DNA of 59,813 bases, the filler included, from Jimgerdemannia flammicorona (taxonomy: Eukaryota), in assembly GCA_003990765.1 (NCBI GenBank). It is 3 parts of 3 records of this genome, joined end to end, with 100 filler letters (N's around TTAATTAATTAA, not from the genome) between each part and the next. Parts side by side here need not be neighbours in the genome. Positions count along the whole stretch, not along the records: positions 1 to 19,877 come from RBNJ01001819.1; 2 more parts are not named here. The stretch is one strand, 5' to 3'. How positions within the stretch are numbered: the first letter of the stretch is position 1; the number at the start of each line of letters is the position of its first letter. A program made the position numbers and the translations under genes. Below are positions 1 through 12,800 of the stretch, piece by piece. A model generated the notes under the pieces. It did no database searches. It was not told where the DNA came from and saw nothing but the letters and a program-made list of their open reading frames with translations.

Positions 1-1074
1 ATGTCCCATGGATTTTTATTAGAAGGGAACCTAGACTATATAGGCCAAAACCCTCCCCCACCACCCACTAAGTACTGCCCCCCCATTAACCTAGGCTAGC
101 TATTGTCCAGCAGCTCGACTATGCCAGGTGCAGAAGGGCTAATGTAGGCCCATACCTCATTCTGTGCACCATGCTCTCCCTACCACCAGGGGAAACCCAA
201 CTATTCACCAATGACCAAAAGCACATGCCTGAGAACCCAACGTATGTACAAGGCCATGCCCGAGCCAAATAGAATAGTCCCTGCCACCTCAAAGAGAATG
301 ACAGGCAAAGAAAAACCCTCATCAAAGCACAACACGGTGGGTAGGGCCTGGTTCTCCCAGTCAAGGTGAGTAAAGGACTTACACATGAGGTGGGAGGAAA
401 CCCCCAATACCCCACTACTCAAGCCTGTGGGCCTCAATCACATTGCCATGTCAGCTCTCCATTCCAGTTGAGTGCAGCCAAGATGCCTGAAATGGGTAGC
501 CTCAGGCCCCCCGACTCCCCCCGATGACTGGGGCCCAACCCCGCTGACTGCCAAAAGAAGCTGAGAGAGACACCTACCACCTAACCATGCTGTATCAATC
601 ACAAGGCCCCACTGAAGCAGCACCTGCCCCAGCCCCAATGACTGCCCCCAGCCTAGCACCCTACTGGTTCACTGTTATCACCCTTCCTCCTATCTGTGAC
701 AGCCATCTCCCCTCCCATCCCAACAACACCTGAAAAACAGTCACCTACACCAGAACCGCACTTGCTGGGAAGCTCGCCAAAGCCAGAGGGCCCCACCACA
801 GGCACTGAGAACCTGCAGGTAACCTATACTGAGCACTTGATGCCCAAGGTCAGCCGACTCCCTACATAGCCCGAGACATACCGAGACAACTCCCTGTTGG
901 CGATGGCAAAGGAAGAAGGCACTGCACCAAAACAGGTACACCCCAGATGCAGCTGAAGATACCAGAATCCACGAAAAAGTAGAGGAAGCACTGATCCAAC
1001 ACCGATAAAGGGGCAACTCATCACCATTGCCCTCCTCCCACCATGCTCCTGCAGGCACAGCAAATCAACCTGAG

Positions 1075-4000
1075 GTAGAGGGGGTAATAATAGGGGAAAG
1101 GGGACTCGGAAGGTCGCCTACCAAACCTTGTGACCAGTAAGGTAGTGGAGAAAGAAGCTGAGGGCAGAAGGTCCTTGATAGTTGGGTCTTGTTATTGTCC
1201 AGCTAAGAGGGAGGAGAGAGTGGAGTAGATTCAAGAGCTACAAGAGTCTGGAGAAGTGGTGGAGATAGGAATCAATTATCTAGGAGGGGACTTTAATATG
1301 ATATATGATGGAAAGCTGGACAGAACTGATCAGAGAAAAGGAATAACAGATAAGAGTAGTGATATGGAAGCCTGGGAGGAAGTTGAATGTCTGAGCTCTT
1401 TAGTAGATGCCAGGAGACTTGGATAGGGGGATTATAGGGTTTTCACCCATTGGGTAGCAGAGCTGGGCTCAAGAATTGACTGGATATTGACTACTGATTA
1501 CTAGAGTATTGATATCTAGAGGACTTTGGAACCATTTAGTGTTCATGGTCAGATTACTGGAATCTTCTAGGAGGAGGGTGTTTAGGAGGAAATGGGGAGG
1601 GGTCCAGACATTGGTGACTGAATACCTTCTTGCTAAAAGAGGCCTCTCTATGGAAGGTGTGAGTGGTAGATATTAGCTCCAGGGTTCTTGGTTGGTGAGC
1701 AGAGGGGCTGAGGATTGGGGATCATTGGATAAGATTGAAATCTGAGACACAACAGTGCTGGGGGGAGATAGAAAGGATGTGGGGTGCTCAGAAGAAGAAG
1801 CAAGTGAGGTAGACCTCCCAGAGGTTGGCAGGGTTGATGGCAACTTGGACAGATCTACTGAAAGATGGTAAGAAAGGGGAATAGTGAATACAGTGGATCA
1901 GGCTAAAGGTGGAGGAGCTGAAGGGTATACTGAGGCAAGTGAAAAACTTACAGATTAAGGGCATAGCAGCCAGGCTTTAGTAATAGGAATTAGAGAAGAG
2001 AGAAAGGCTGACTAAGTTTTTATCACAGCTTCTGTAGGGAAGGAGGGTACAGCAGCAGTGTGTGGGAGTTTTGAATGAGGCTGGAGTATTGGTTGTCAGG
2101 GTACTGGAGATTTTGATTAGTTGAGCAGGTGATGGGGATATCTGTTGAGCAAGGAGGATAGAGGGGTGGGGGTGCTGGACATTGACAGACACTTGGAGGA
2201 ATGGCACTCTGATCTGGCAGCAGGCTTAGGTGACCTTGATGCTGCTGTCTAAGGGAAAGAGATTCAGTAGGTTCTGACAATGATAAGCTCAGAGACAGTA
2301 TCAGGAGATGATGGCTTATAGTGGAATTTTTGGAAGAAGATGATAGGAGTCAAGTTGATTCTGGAGGAAATAGCAGTAATGTATGATGAAGTGATTGGCT
2401 CAGGGGCTTGAATTGGTGGACAGAGTCTGGGTCATGTAGCTTTGCTGTTTAAGAATATGGAGAGGAGAGAGGAGTAGAAGAACTGAAGACTGATCATGCT
2501 TTTGGATACAGATTGCAAACTGATTATAAAGATCTTAGTAGCCAGGCTGCAGGGAGTAGCTCAACAGATTCTGGGGGTAGAACAGTGAGGTTTTGTAGGG
2601 AGATGTCTAATTGGTGATGGGACAGCCTGGGTATATAGTGTCATTGAGAGAGCTCATACTGCTGGAGTTAATGAATAACTGGTTTTCTTGGACCAAGAGA
2701 AGGCCTATAACAGAGTCTGGTGGGTGTAGTTGAAAGGAGTGCTAAAGTGCATTGGAGTTCCCTCAGAGATCCAGTGGGCCTTGATTGGTCTGCTGAAAGG
2801 GAGTTAGATAGCAATCATAATAAATGGATACAGAGAGGTCTCATTCCCTCTAGGTAGAGAAGTGTTGCAGAGGGATCCACTGTTATCAATTCTATATTCA
2901 GTCCCTGAAGCCTCTTATGGATAGAATATGGTTTAAGGTGAGAGGGCTGGACATTTTTGGGGTTAATTGGAAGGTGGGCACCTTTACTGATAATATAGTA
3001 GTTGGGCTGGGGTAGGTTGAGGATGTTACAATACTGAAAGATATATTAGAGTAGTATGAGAAATGCTTAGGTACTAAGCTCAACTGGTATAAGTGTGAGA
3101 CTTTGGTGTTGGAAGGTGAGATCATAGATAGGGACATCATTGGAATAATTGTCTCTATAGAAGAGACTGTATACTATTTGGAGATCTACTTTTTGGTATA
3201 TGGTTCTTTACTACTATGTGGATAGCAGGAGCAGTGGTAGGCAGAGTAAGGAAGTCCTCTATTGGAGTGGAGTGGTCACTATATATCTCTGGCAGAAAGG
3301 GTGACAGTATTGAATGTTTACTGATTGCCTAAGCTATAGTGTCTAGGGTACTACTTGAACTTTCTGGTATAGGCAGTCAAGTAATTGTTGAAGATGGCCA
3401 GGACCTGGATATAGACAGGGTGATGGAGTCAGATTGATTGGAAGGAGTTGACCTGGCCCATAGACTGGAGAGGCCGGGGTTTAGTAGGTTTTTCCAAGTA
3501 TCTTCACTGCTTGAGAGTATGGTAGCTGAAGCTAGCAAGTGAGTTGAGGGGTTGAGATTGGGTTCCCCTCATGTAAAAGGTGTGAGAGGCCCAGTTCTCC
3601 TCTCAGGGTGCAACTGGGGATCTTTTGTCTCTAGTGGAATTAGAGGAGAGTCAGAAGATATATTATAGAGAATTCTGATAGAGAGTAGCTGATGGGGTAC
3701 ATCATAATGATCTCTGATAGCAGAGTGATGAGAGAGAGGTGGAATGGAGACTCCAGCTATAGAGGTGGGACTTTCTTCTATTGGACAGAGCACCAGTAGA
3801 TAACTTCTACTTAGAGGATAACATATATATATATAGTATCTTCAGGAATATTGACAAGATCTGTGATCTGAGGTATAGCAGGGAGTGGAGATTGGAGAGA
3901 AGTGGGACTGGAATAGTATTTGGCTATAGGGCAAGCAGGTGGGCAAGTAGGTGGCAAGATACATCCCTCCCATGTTCTAGGTAGTATAGTGGAGATTTCT

Positions 4001-4634
4001 ATAACATAATGTTATATTGTACTAGCAGATAGATCACTTGATATAAGGAGGCACCCAGGAGTGTAAAGAGTATCTGAATATCAGGTATAAGAAATGGGTG
4101 ATACAGACTCCTGAATATTGGTTAGAAGAATATGAGGTGATAGGTGACTTTTGAAGAGAGATTGAGATATAGCTAGGGTAGCACCCACCAGAGTTAGTAG
4201 AAGGTGGGAGGTGGGGTGACCTCTGGAGGAGGTTGGTGGGGGGGTTGGGAGATGAGTGGTTGATATTAAGATGGATGTTGATGATTTGGGTTGGGCTTGC
4301 AGGACATTGGCTATATATATTTAAGAAGAGACAATAGTTGACTTTGGGGATAAGAGTGGTTAGATAGGAGTGGTGACTGATGGATATATTAACTGGGTGG
4401 TAGAGAGATAGGGGTGTAGGTGGGAGGTATCAGAGGTGATTGGTAGAGACAATCTGTAGGAAGAGTGGGGAGAGGTTTGGGGTGGCTCAAAGATTGGTAG
4501 TATTTTGGGAGAATAGTGTGAGAGAGAGGGAGGTTCTGAGTGGGATTGTGTGAGGGGGTTCTTCTGTATTAGTATTTATAGACCATTTGGTAATAAAGTG
4601 GAAGTCCTTTTAACTATAAAAAAAAAAAAAAAAA
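1075..4634 (+). mobile_element. Degenerate L1/Tx1-like LINE: ORF2 (APE endonuclease, RT, C-terminal region) with poly(A) tail
   Basis: Manual translation gives YLGGDFNM (~1280), SRIDWIL (~1470), N*RLIMLLDTDCKLIIKIL, EQ*GFV, LVFLDQEKAYNRV (~2690), GREVLQRDPL and SLAERVTVLNVY, with many stops. AATAAA at 4592-4597 and poly(A) at 4618-4634. Confidence 0.9.
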
Positions 4635-4739
4635 TAAGTACTGAAAACCTATAGGTAATCTATACTGATACTTAATATATAAGATAATCCAACTTTCTAT
4701 ATAACTTATAACATACTAAGACAATATCTTATTAATAAT

Positions 4740-4960
4740 GGTCAAAGACAGAAGGGGTCTGAAAGATGAGATTCTCTAGATACTCTTCAGATGATCTGCT
4801 ATCATTGGTTACCCTGAGTGACAGTAAGTGATTACAGTATAAGAACTTCTGATAGAAAGTGGTGAATAGTACTCATCATATTGATCTGTGCTGATAGGAT
4901 AATAAGAGAGAGGTATAATGAGTTCTGGCAATATGGAAGTAGAATAGACTACTGTTGGGT
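4740..4960 (+). mobile_element. Old LINE 3'-region fragment
   Basis: Aligns by eye to 18850-19060 and 53230-53430 (gatgagattctc...ctgctatcattgg...gacctgtgctg). Confidence 0.6.
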
Positions 4961-5121
4961 AGTTCTTTGCTTCTGAATTTTGATATTGATACTAAAGTAG
5001 ATTACTAACAAGGAGCAGAATAAGATTTGTGGTTTATTGTCTAGTAGATAGCTGATATTAGAGAGGAGTAGAACTGGGCTGAGATCTGATTCTAAAGTGC
5101 TGAGGTATAGTAGTAGGTTTC

Positions 5122-6503
5122 TGTAAGTACACAACCTCAAAACCGCTGAAATCATATATTACCCTCAGAACAAATTCAGAAATCATATGCAAGATCATAA
5201 AGCTGAGTCAAACTGAAGTCTTAAATCATGAAGTTGAGTCAACTTAAAGTCATAAAATATAAGAGATATAGAAATAGAATCTTACCAATTTGAAATAAAA
5301 GTTTATATATAGAATATATAGTATATCAAAATAGAGAACTATAATAAACCAAAACAATAACTCCAAATCTCAAATATATATCTAGTTATAACTACTATAG
5401 TCTTCAACTGCATCTGTGCTGATATTTGGAATACCATTATCAATAAAGCTACAGCACTTCTGCTCCTCATGAATATCTATAGCTTAGCACCCCTCTACTT
5501 TGTGGAAGTATAATAGAATACTCTGAACATACTTAGTAAGACTCATAGTATCAGACAAATCTCAAGCTACTATTAGATCAGCTGTCACCTGGAGAAGATA
5601 TAGTTAACTACTACCATAATACAGATATTACTAAAATATTGCAACACCAGAAACTCATTGCTTGCAAATACGTATCTTTATTCCCTACCTCTAAGTTACT
5701 ATTTCTGAAATAGTTACCACTCTCAACTATGGCCAAATTGACAATATGATATAAGAACTCAACCATAAATATATCAAGTATACCATGTATATTCAAACTA
5801 CTGACAGACTCTTTTAACATCCAGATAATCATATCCTACAAATTCTCTAAGTTGGATATTATAAATAATATCTACAATATAATTCAGTTCAACAATGATA
5901 AAGCAGAAGACAATAATCTCCCTGATAATGATATGACCTCTAGCCAAGAATCTCTATCAACTCTGATTACTTAACTAATCTTATAAATAAACTTAAAATA
6001 GTTTATAACTGCCTATGAGTATATTGGAATAATAACTACTAGTATAAGTAACAATCTATATTCATATATAACTACTTCAACTATAATGAGAAAATAGGAG
6101 AATACAATCTGTATCTCCAGACAACCCTTGAGGTAGAACCCATGACCCCACTTCCTAAGTATGAGTGATATGAAGAGCCACTACCAGTTTACTACAACTT
6201 GGTAATACACAGCATTGAAATACTGAAGATATACTGATAGTGAATCTGATGAAAGTAAAGATAATATACTCCTTCTCTACTCACCAATACTATATTCAGT
6301 ATATAAGACAGATAATGCTGTTCTATAGAATGAAAACTTTGTTTCAATATACTACTATATGAATGAACAAAGAGATATAATCCAAGAATCACTCTTTCTA
6401 GATAACTACTTTATCAGAGATAATATTATCAATGGTGATCTCATCAAAGAGTATCCAGACATTGTTTAAACCTATAAATACTCAGCAGTTATTAGTATAG
6501 TTA
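5122..6503 (+). mobile_element. Truncated long LTR (second copy of the 34822->27520 LTR) with decayed internal ORF at ~5388-6469
   Basis: Starts TGTAAGTACACAACC, exactly as the reverse complement at 34822. Colinear with 33449-34822 and then 27810-27866. The ORF ends DLIKEYPDIV* here and DIIKNYPDSA* in the other copy. Confidence 0.8.
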
Positions 6504-6773
6504 AAAGATATTTTTCCAGATTTTTAGAGTATATGATATATCTGGCAGGTTTCATATTATTGCTATAGAGATATATCTCTACATTTTCTTTTTCTTGAGT
6601 ATAGATAATATTATTATCTCCTAGTTTGATAGATATAGAGTGTTTGAAAGATGCAATATAGAGAACTATTTTCTATATAAAATTATATATTATATTGCTC
6701 CAGAATTCATTAGTCAGACATTATTATCATTAGCTACATTTGGAGCATATTTGTCAGATATATCACTGATATC

Positions 6774-6775
<2 letters not shown>

Positions 6776-6812
<37 letters not shown>

Positions 6813-6817
6813 CTTTT

Positions 6818-6875
<58 letters not shown>

Positions 6876-9800
6876 ATACCTACCACCTTTGTTTTTTTTA
6901 TTTTTTTTTATAATCACTTGGACTTCAACTTTATTACTGCTATTTCAATGACAATTAACTATAACCACTACTGTAATATAATATATAAAGGTAGGGATGC
7001 TCAGCCAACTCCTTCCTTCCACCTAATCTTATGATTATTTAACATCAGGTACTCTTGACTCTGCTGTATAATGTCCTGCACCTTCTTCAAGGTCCCTGGT
7101 TGAAGCTACATCTCCTGATACCACCACCCTTATACCATCTTTCAGAGAAGCCATTTCCACTGCTCTACCAGCTCACCAATTCCCATCTACAGGTCCTGCT
7201 TAAACTCTCATTGCCAATATACTGCCATCAGAACCCAGACCCCCAGGACCTGATCTAGGCCTCTCCAGACATCACCAATCTCCCCCACCAGCCAGTGCTT
7301 GACCACCAGACTGACTGGATCTCCTGACCTTCGACTCTCAGGGCCCCAGTAATCTTCCAAACTCTGTCAAACCCCTTCAACACCAGGGCAGGCTACCAGA
7401 ACATGCTCTGGTGTCTGAATTACCCTACCATCCACCTTACTGTACCACTTACAGTCCCAACAGCCATCTACCTCCATCCAGCCTGTCCTATAACTCAGTA
7501 TCACATTTCTTCTCAAAAGTACCACCATACTACCCAGTACTTGGGGAGTACCACCTTGAGCAAAGAAGCTCTCCAATTCTAGACTCAGTCCCACTCCCAG
7601 CCTTCACCAAGTTCTGCTCTCTGCCAACCTGCTGGCCATCTCTCCAGAGGGCCAGACATGATTCACACCATCACCTCAACTAGCAAGTACTCCTTCAGAC
7701 TATGGCCACCAATGCAGAGGTCTCCCAGTTATCACCACTCTGCTCAGGGTTCTCACCCACCTCTATCTCTGGTCCTCCCAACCCCATGGCCAGCCAGGCC
7801 TCTACAATACCCCACCAGAAACTCTTATACCACAGTTTACATACATTTCTAACCTGAAGCAGACCCCACATATCCTTCCAAACCTCACTATAGGAGTAGA
7901 ACCAAATCTCCCAATTGTCCATGGCCAGTCTGCCCCAGCCCTCCTCATCTAGTACTGCCAATCAGCACTTCCACCAACTCTGAAGTACCTTCAGCTGGCA
8001 CCTGAAGTCCACCAACCCCAGGCCTCCATCAGTTGACTGTATCACCAACATGTCTCACCCAATCTGCAGCCGCATTCCATGCCACAACCACCCTTCTACA
8101 ATCTTCTTCAGCTGCTGCACTATCTACCCTGGAAAATACAGGTGATATCCTAGATACCACAATTTGGACAACCAATATACATTAAAGACCACCATTCTGC
8201 CTACCAAGGAGAAGCTCCTCCCTGACCAACCAGTCAAAGTGCCTTCCAACTTCTGAATCAAGCCACACCACCACTCCTTTGGCTGGACTGTCCTATACAC
8301 TGAGAACCCAATATCCAGATATTAAACAGCACTCTCTGTGGCCACTAATTGACCAAATTGTCTATGTACCCCCAGGCCAGCACTAAGTTCCATCATCTCA
8401 CACTTGCCTCAATTCAGCTTAGCCCCTGCCAGCCTTTCATACTACCCAACCCCTTCCTGCAAAAGGTCCACATCCTCCATACTACCCAACCCTATCACCA
8501 TGTTATCTGCAAAAGCACCTAGCTTCCAGACTACATTACCCATTTGTAGTTCAGAAAGCTGCCCCTTCAGTCATACCAACAATGGCTCCAGAGAGAGTAT
8601 ATAAAGGAGAAGGGAGAGAGGGTCCACCTATGGCACACCTCACCCCAAGGCAAACTCTGAGCCACTCCATCCATTCATCATAACTGCTGCTCGGTATCCC
8701 TGGACTAAGCCCATCAATCACCCTGTCTCTGCTACACTAAATCCTACCCTCCTCTGAACAGCCTCCAAATAATTCCACTGCACTCTATTATAGACCTTCT
8801 CTTGATCCAAGAAGACCATCCGGCCATCCACCTGCCAGCTCCTACAGCCTTCTAAGACATTCTACACTCAAGCAGTACTATCTCTGATCTACCTCCCCTT
8901 GACAAAGCCTCACTGCTCTTCACCAACTAGCATACCAATACACTGCTGCATCCTCTCTGCCAGAAACTTTGAGAGCAGCTTTCTATCCACATTCAGCAGC
9001 ATGATAGGCCACCAATTATGTTATACTCACTGATCTCCCTTTTCCTTATATAGAAGGGAAACTAATCCCAAGGAACCATTGCCAATCCAACTGTTCTCCT
9101 TTAGAATAAAGTTGGCCATCTCTACCAACTAGCCATCAAACTCTGTCTGGAACTCCTTCCAGATTTCACAGGGCAACCCATTCTCCCTAGGCAAAGAACC
9201 AGTCTGTGTTCTGTACCTTCTATAAGGTCCCTGGCTGAAGCTGCCTCCCCTGATATCACTACCCTTGTACCACCTCTCAAAGAAGCCACTTCCACCACTC
9301 CACTAGCTCACCAATCCCTAACCATGGGTCTTGCTCAAACACCCATCTCCAATGTACTGCCATCAGAACCCAGACCCCCAGGACTTGACATAGGGCCATC
9401 CCAGATATCTCCTATCTCCCCCACCAGCTGGCACTTGACCACCAGACTGACAGGATCTCCTGTCCTTCTGCCAGCAGGGTGCCAGTAATCTTCCAAGCAT
9501 CGCCAGAACCCTTCTACACCAGGGCAGGCCACCAGAATATACTCTGGTGACTGACCACTATCTATCTCACTACACCACTCACAGTCCCGACAGCCATCTA
9601 CCTCCATCCATCCTATCCAATACCCCAAAATCACATTTCTTCTCAGGAAGTGCCATTATACAACCCAGCACTTGGGGGCACCACCTTGAGCAAGGTGGCT
9701 CCCCAACTCCAGATTTGGCCCCACTCCCAGCCTTCACCCAATCCCACCTTCTGCCAACCTGCCAGCCATTCTCCAGAGGGCCAGACCTGATCCACTCCAT

Positions 9801-12800
9801 TGCCTCAACCAATGAGTACTCCTTCAGACTGACCACCAATATGGAGGTCCCCCAATTGCCACCATCTCTGCTCAGGATCCTCACCAACCTCTATCTCTGG
9901 CCCTGCTAACCCTATGGCCAGCCAGGCCTCTACCATGCCCCACCAGAATCTCTTATACCACAGTTGACTGATATTTCTAACCTGAAGCAACCCCCACATA
10001 TACTTCCAAACCTCACTATGGGGGCAGAACTGAATCTCCCAATTGTCCATCACCAGTCTGCCCCAGCCCCCTTCACCTAGTTCAGCCAATTGACACCCCC
10101 ACCAACCCCTAAGTACCTTCAGCCATTGCCTGAAGTCTATCAACCCCAGGCTGCCATCAGTTGTCTGTATCACCAATGCATCCCACCCAATCTGTGGCTG
10201 CTTTCCACACCATAATCAGCCTTCCACAATTTTCTTCAGCCACTGCACTACCCCCTCTGGAAAGTCCAAGTGATACTCTAGATACTACAATTTAGGCAGC
10301 CAATATACATTCAAGACCACAATCCTGCCTATCAAGGAGAAGCTCCTCCCAGACCAATCAGTCAAAGCACCTTCTAACTTCTGAATTATACCACTCTACC
10401 ACTCCTTCAGCAGGACTGTCCTATATACTGAGAACCTAATACCTAGATATCAAACCATGCTTCCAGCATCTACCAATTGTCCAAATTGTCCATGTACCCC
10501 CAGACCGGTACTAAGTTCCATTGTCTTGCACTTGCCCCAATTCAGTTTTGCCCCTGCCAGTCTCTCATACTGTCTAACCCCTTCCTGCAAGAGGTCCATA
10601 TCCTCTATACTGCCCAACCCAACCACTATATTGTTTGCAAAAGCACCTAGCTTCCATACTACACTATCCATTTATAGTCCAGAAAGCTACCCCTTCAGCT
10701 ATACCAGCAATGGCTCCAGAGAGAGTATATAAAGGAGGGGAGAGAGAGGATTCCCCTGTGGTACACTGCACCCCAAAGCAAACTTCAGGCCACTCTATCC
10801 ATTCATCATAACTGTCACCCTGCATCTCCATACCAAGTCCATTAATCTCTCTGCTTCTGCTACTCCAAATCCAATCTTCCTCAGAACAGCCTCTAAGTAG
10901 ATCTACTGCACTCTGTCATAGGCCTTCTCTTGATCCAGGAAAACCATCCTACCATCTACCTGCCAGCTCCTACAACCCTCTAAAACATTCTGCACCCAAG
11001 CTATACTATCTCTGATCTGCCTTCCTTTGACAAAGCCTTGCTGCTCTTCACTGACCAGCATGCCCATATACTACTGCATCCTTCCTGCTAGAATCTTCAA
11101 GACCAGCTTTCTATCCACATTCAGCATTGCCAATTCTGCCATACCCACCAATCACCCTTTTCCTTATATAGGAGGGAAACTAATCCCAAGGAACCATTGC
11201 CAATCCAGCTGCCCTCCTTCAGAACAAAGTTGGCCATCTCTACCAACTAGCCACCAAACTCTATCTTGAACTCCCTCCAGAATTCCCAGGGCAACCCATC
11301 CTCCCCCAGTGATGAACCCATCTGTGTCTTCTGCAATACCTCCAAAACTTCATTCAAAGACACTTCACCCATCATTGCCCCCCCTATCTCAGGTACCACT
11401 GCTACTGGTCAATTGTCCACTATATTGTCATCATTCTCCCCCAGTACCACAGCATGCTCCCCTTCATCCTGCCAGAGAGCCTGCCATTGTCCTGAGATCT
11501 CTCCCAACATATCGGCAATCTCTGTGACCTCTATTCTATCTTCACACAATACTGAGACCCAGCTGTGTCACACCCTTCTGACTTTCAGGATTCCAGACAG
11601 GTATTTAGTTGGCCTCCCACCCTCCTCCAATCACCTTACCCATAGTCTGGCAAGTAGGCCATCCACTGCCCTATTCTCAGCAGCCCTCAATTCAGTTTGC
11701 AACTCTGCCACCTCTACTGCTAGCTGGTGGCACACCTCCCCAGATAGGTTCCCCCCTTCCATTAGCTTCAATTGCCACCTCAGCCCCTTTTCAACCCTCT
11801 TTGCTTTATCCTTCTGCTCCTTCCCAGCTACTTCACCAATATCCTGCCAGTAAGCACCAGCCAAATGTTTGAATTTACCCCACTATTCCACTATTAACTG
11901 CCCTTCATTCTGCCAATACATTACTTCCTGTCGCACAATGTCCACAAACTGATCTCTCTCCTTCTTTCTCCTGAGTAAAGCCATATTGAGATGCCAGCAC
12001 CCACCACCACAGCTCACCACTTAGAATCTGCCACATATCTCCACTCCCCAATGATCTGACCAAGGGCACCAATGCACCTCTGCAATATCCAGTACATTAC
12101 CCCAGCACTCAGCTACCAGTACCCAATCAATTCATGTCTCAACCAATCTGTCTCCAACCAGGTGCCACTGGGTGAACAGTCCTGACTCATCACCCTGATG
12201 CTGACAGACACCATCCATCAGTCCCATATCACGCTCCACCTGAAGCCACCAAGTTAGCCCAGAGGATACTGCGATGCCTGCCCCTCCATCTGACCTATCT
12301 AGTGTCCAATCACACACCATATTGAAATCTCCCCCCAGAAAGTCCAGTGCAACCACCTCCTGACCATCCCAAGCCCACCATTCCTCAACCCATTGCTTTT
12401 GCTCTCTGCCAACTACAGGGAGATAAACTGAGCCTACTGCTAGACCATCACCTGCCCCTCCTTTTAATCTTCCCCACACCAATCTATCACCATATACCTC
12501 GACCTCCACCAGCTCACCTTTATCTACACCAACCAGGATGCCCATCTGCTTGTTCCAATCCATTCCACCATGCCATTCTTTACTCCACACCTCAAAGTCC
12601 TGCTCTCCATATGCCTGAATATCCTGAAGAAAAACAATATCATATCTTCTGACTTTAAGCTATCAAAACAGCCTCCACCTCTTAACACCATCACACAATC
12701 CATTGGCATTGATCAATAAGATGTGTAAACTGTTCATCATCATCAAAGAAATGTTTAAAGCTCAGCTGGAACCACCACCACTTTCTCAGCCCTTTCTCTA

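Noticed and set aside
1..1074. Possible 5' inversion (twin priming) of the first LINE, suggested by strand-skew reversal and QVDLLCLQE on the minus strand near 1070
   Set aside because: The motif is not followed by convincing endonuclease sequence, the plus strand is equally protein-like, and no TSD is visible because the contig starts here. Left unassigned.
6640..6917. Poly-Phe and poly-Lys ORFs
   Set aside because: They are readings of the LINE poly(A) tail.
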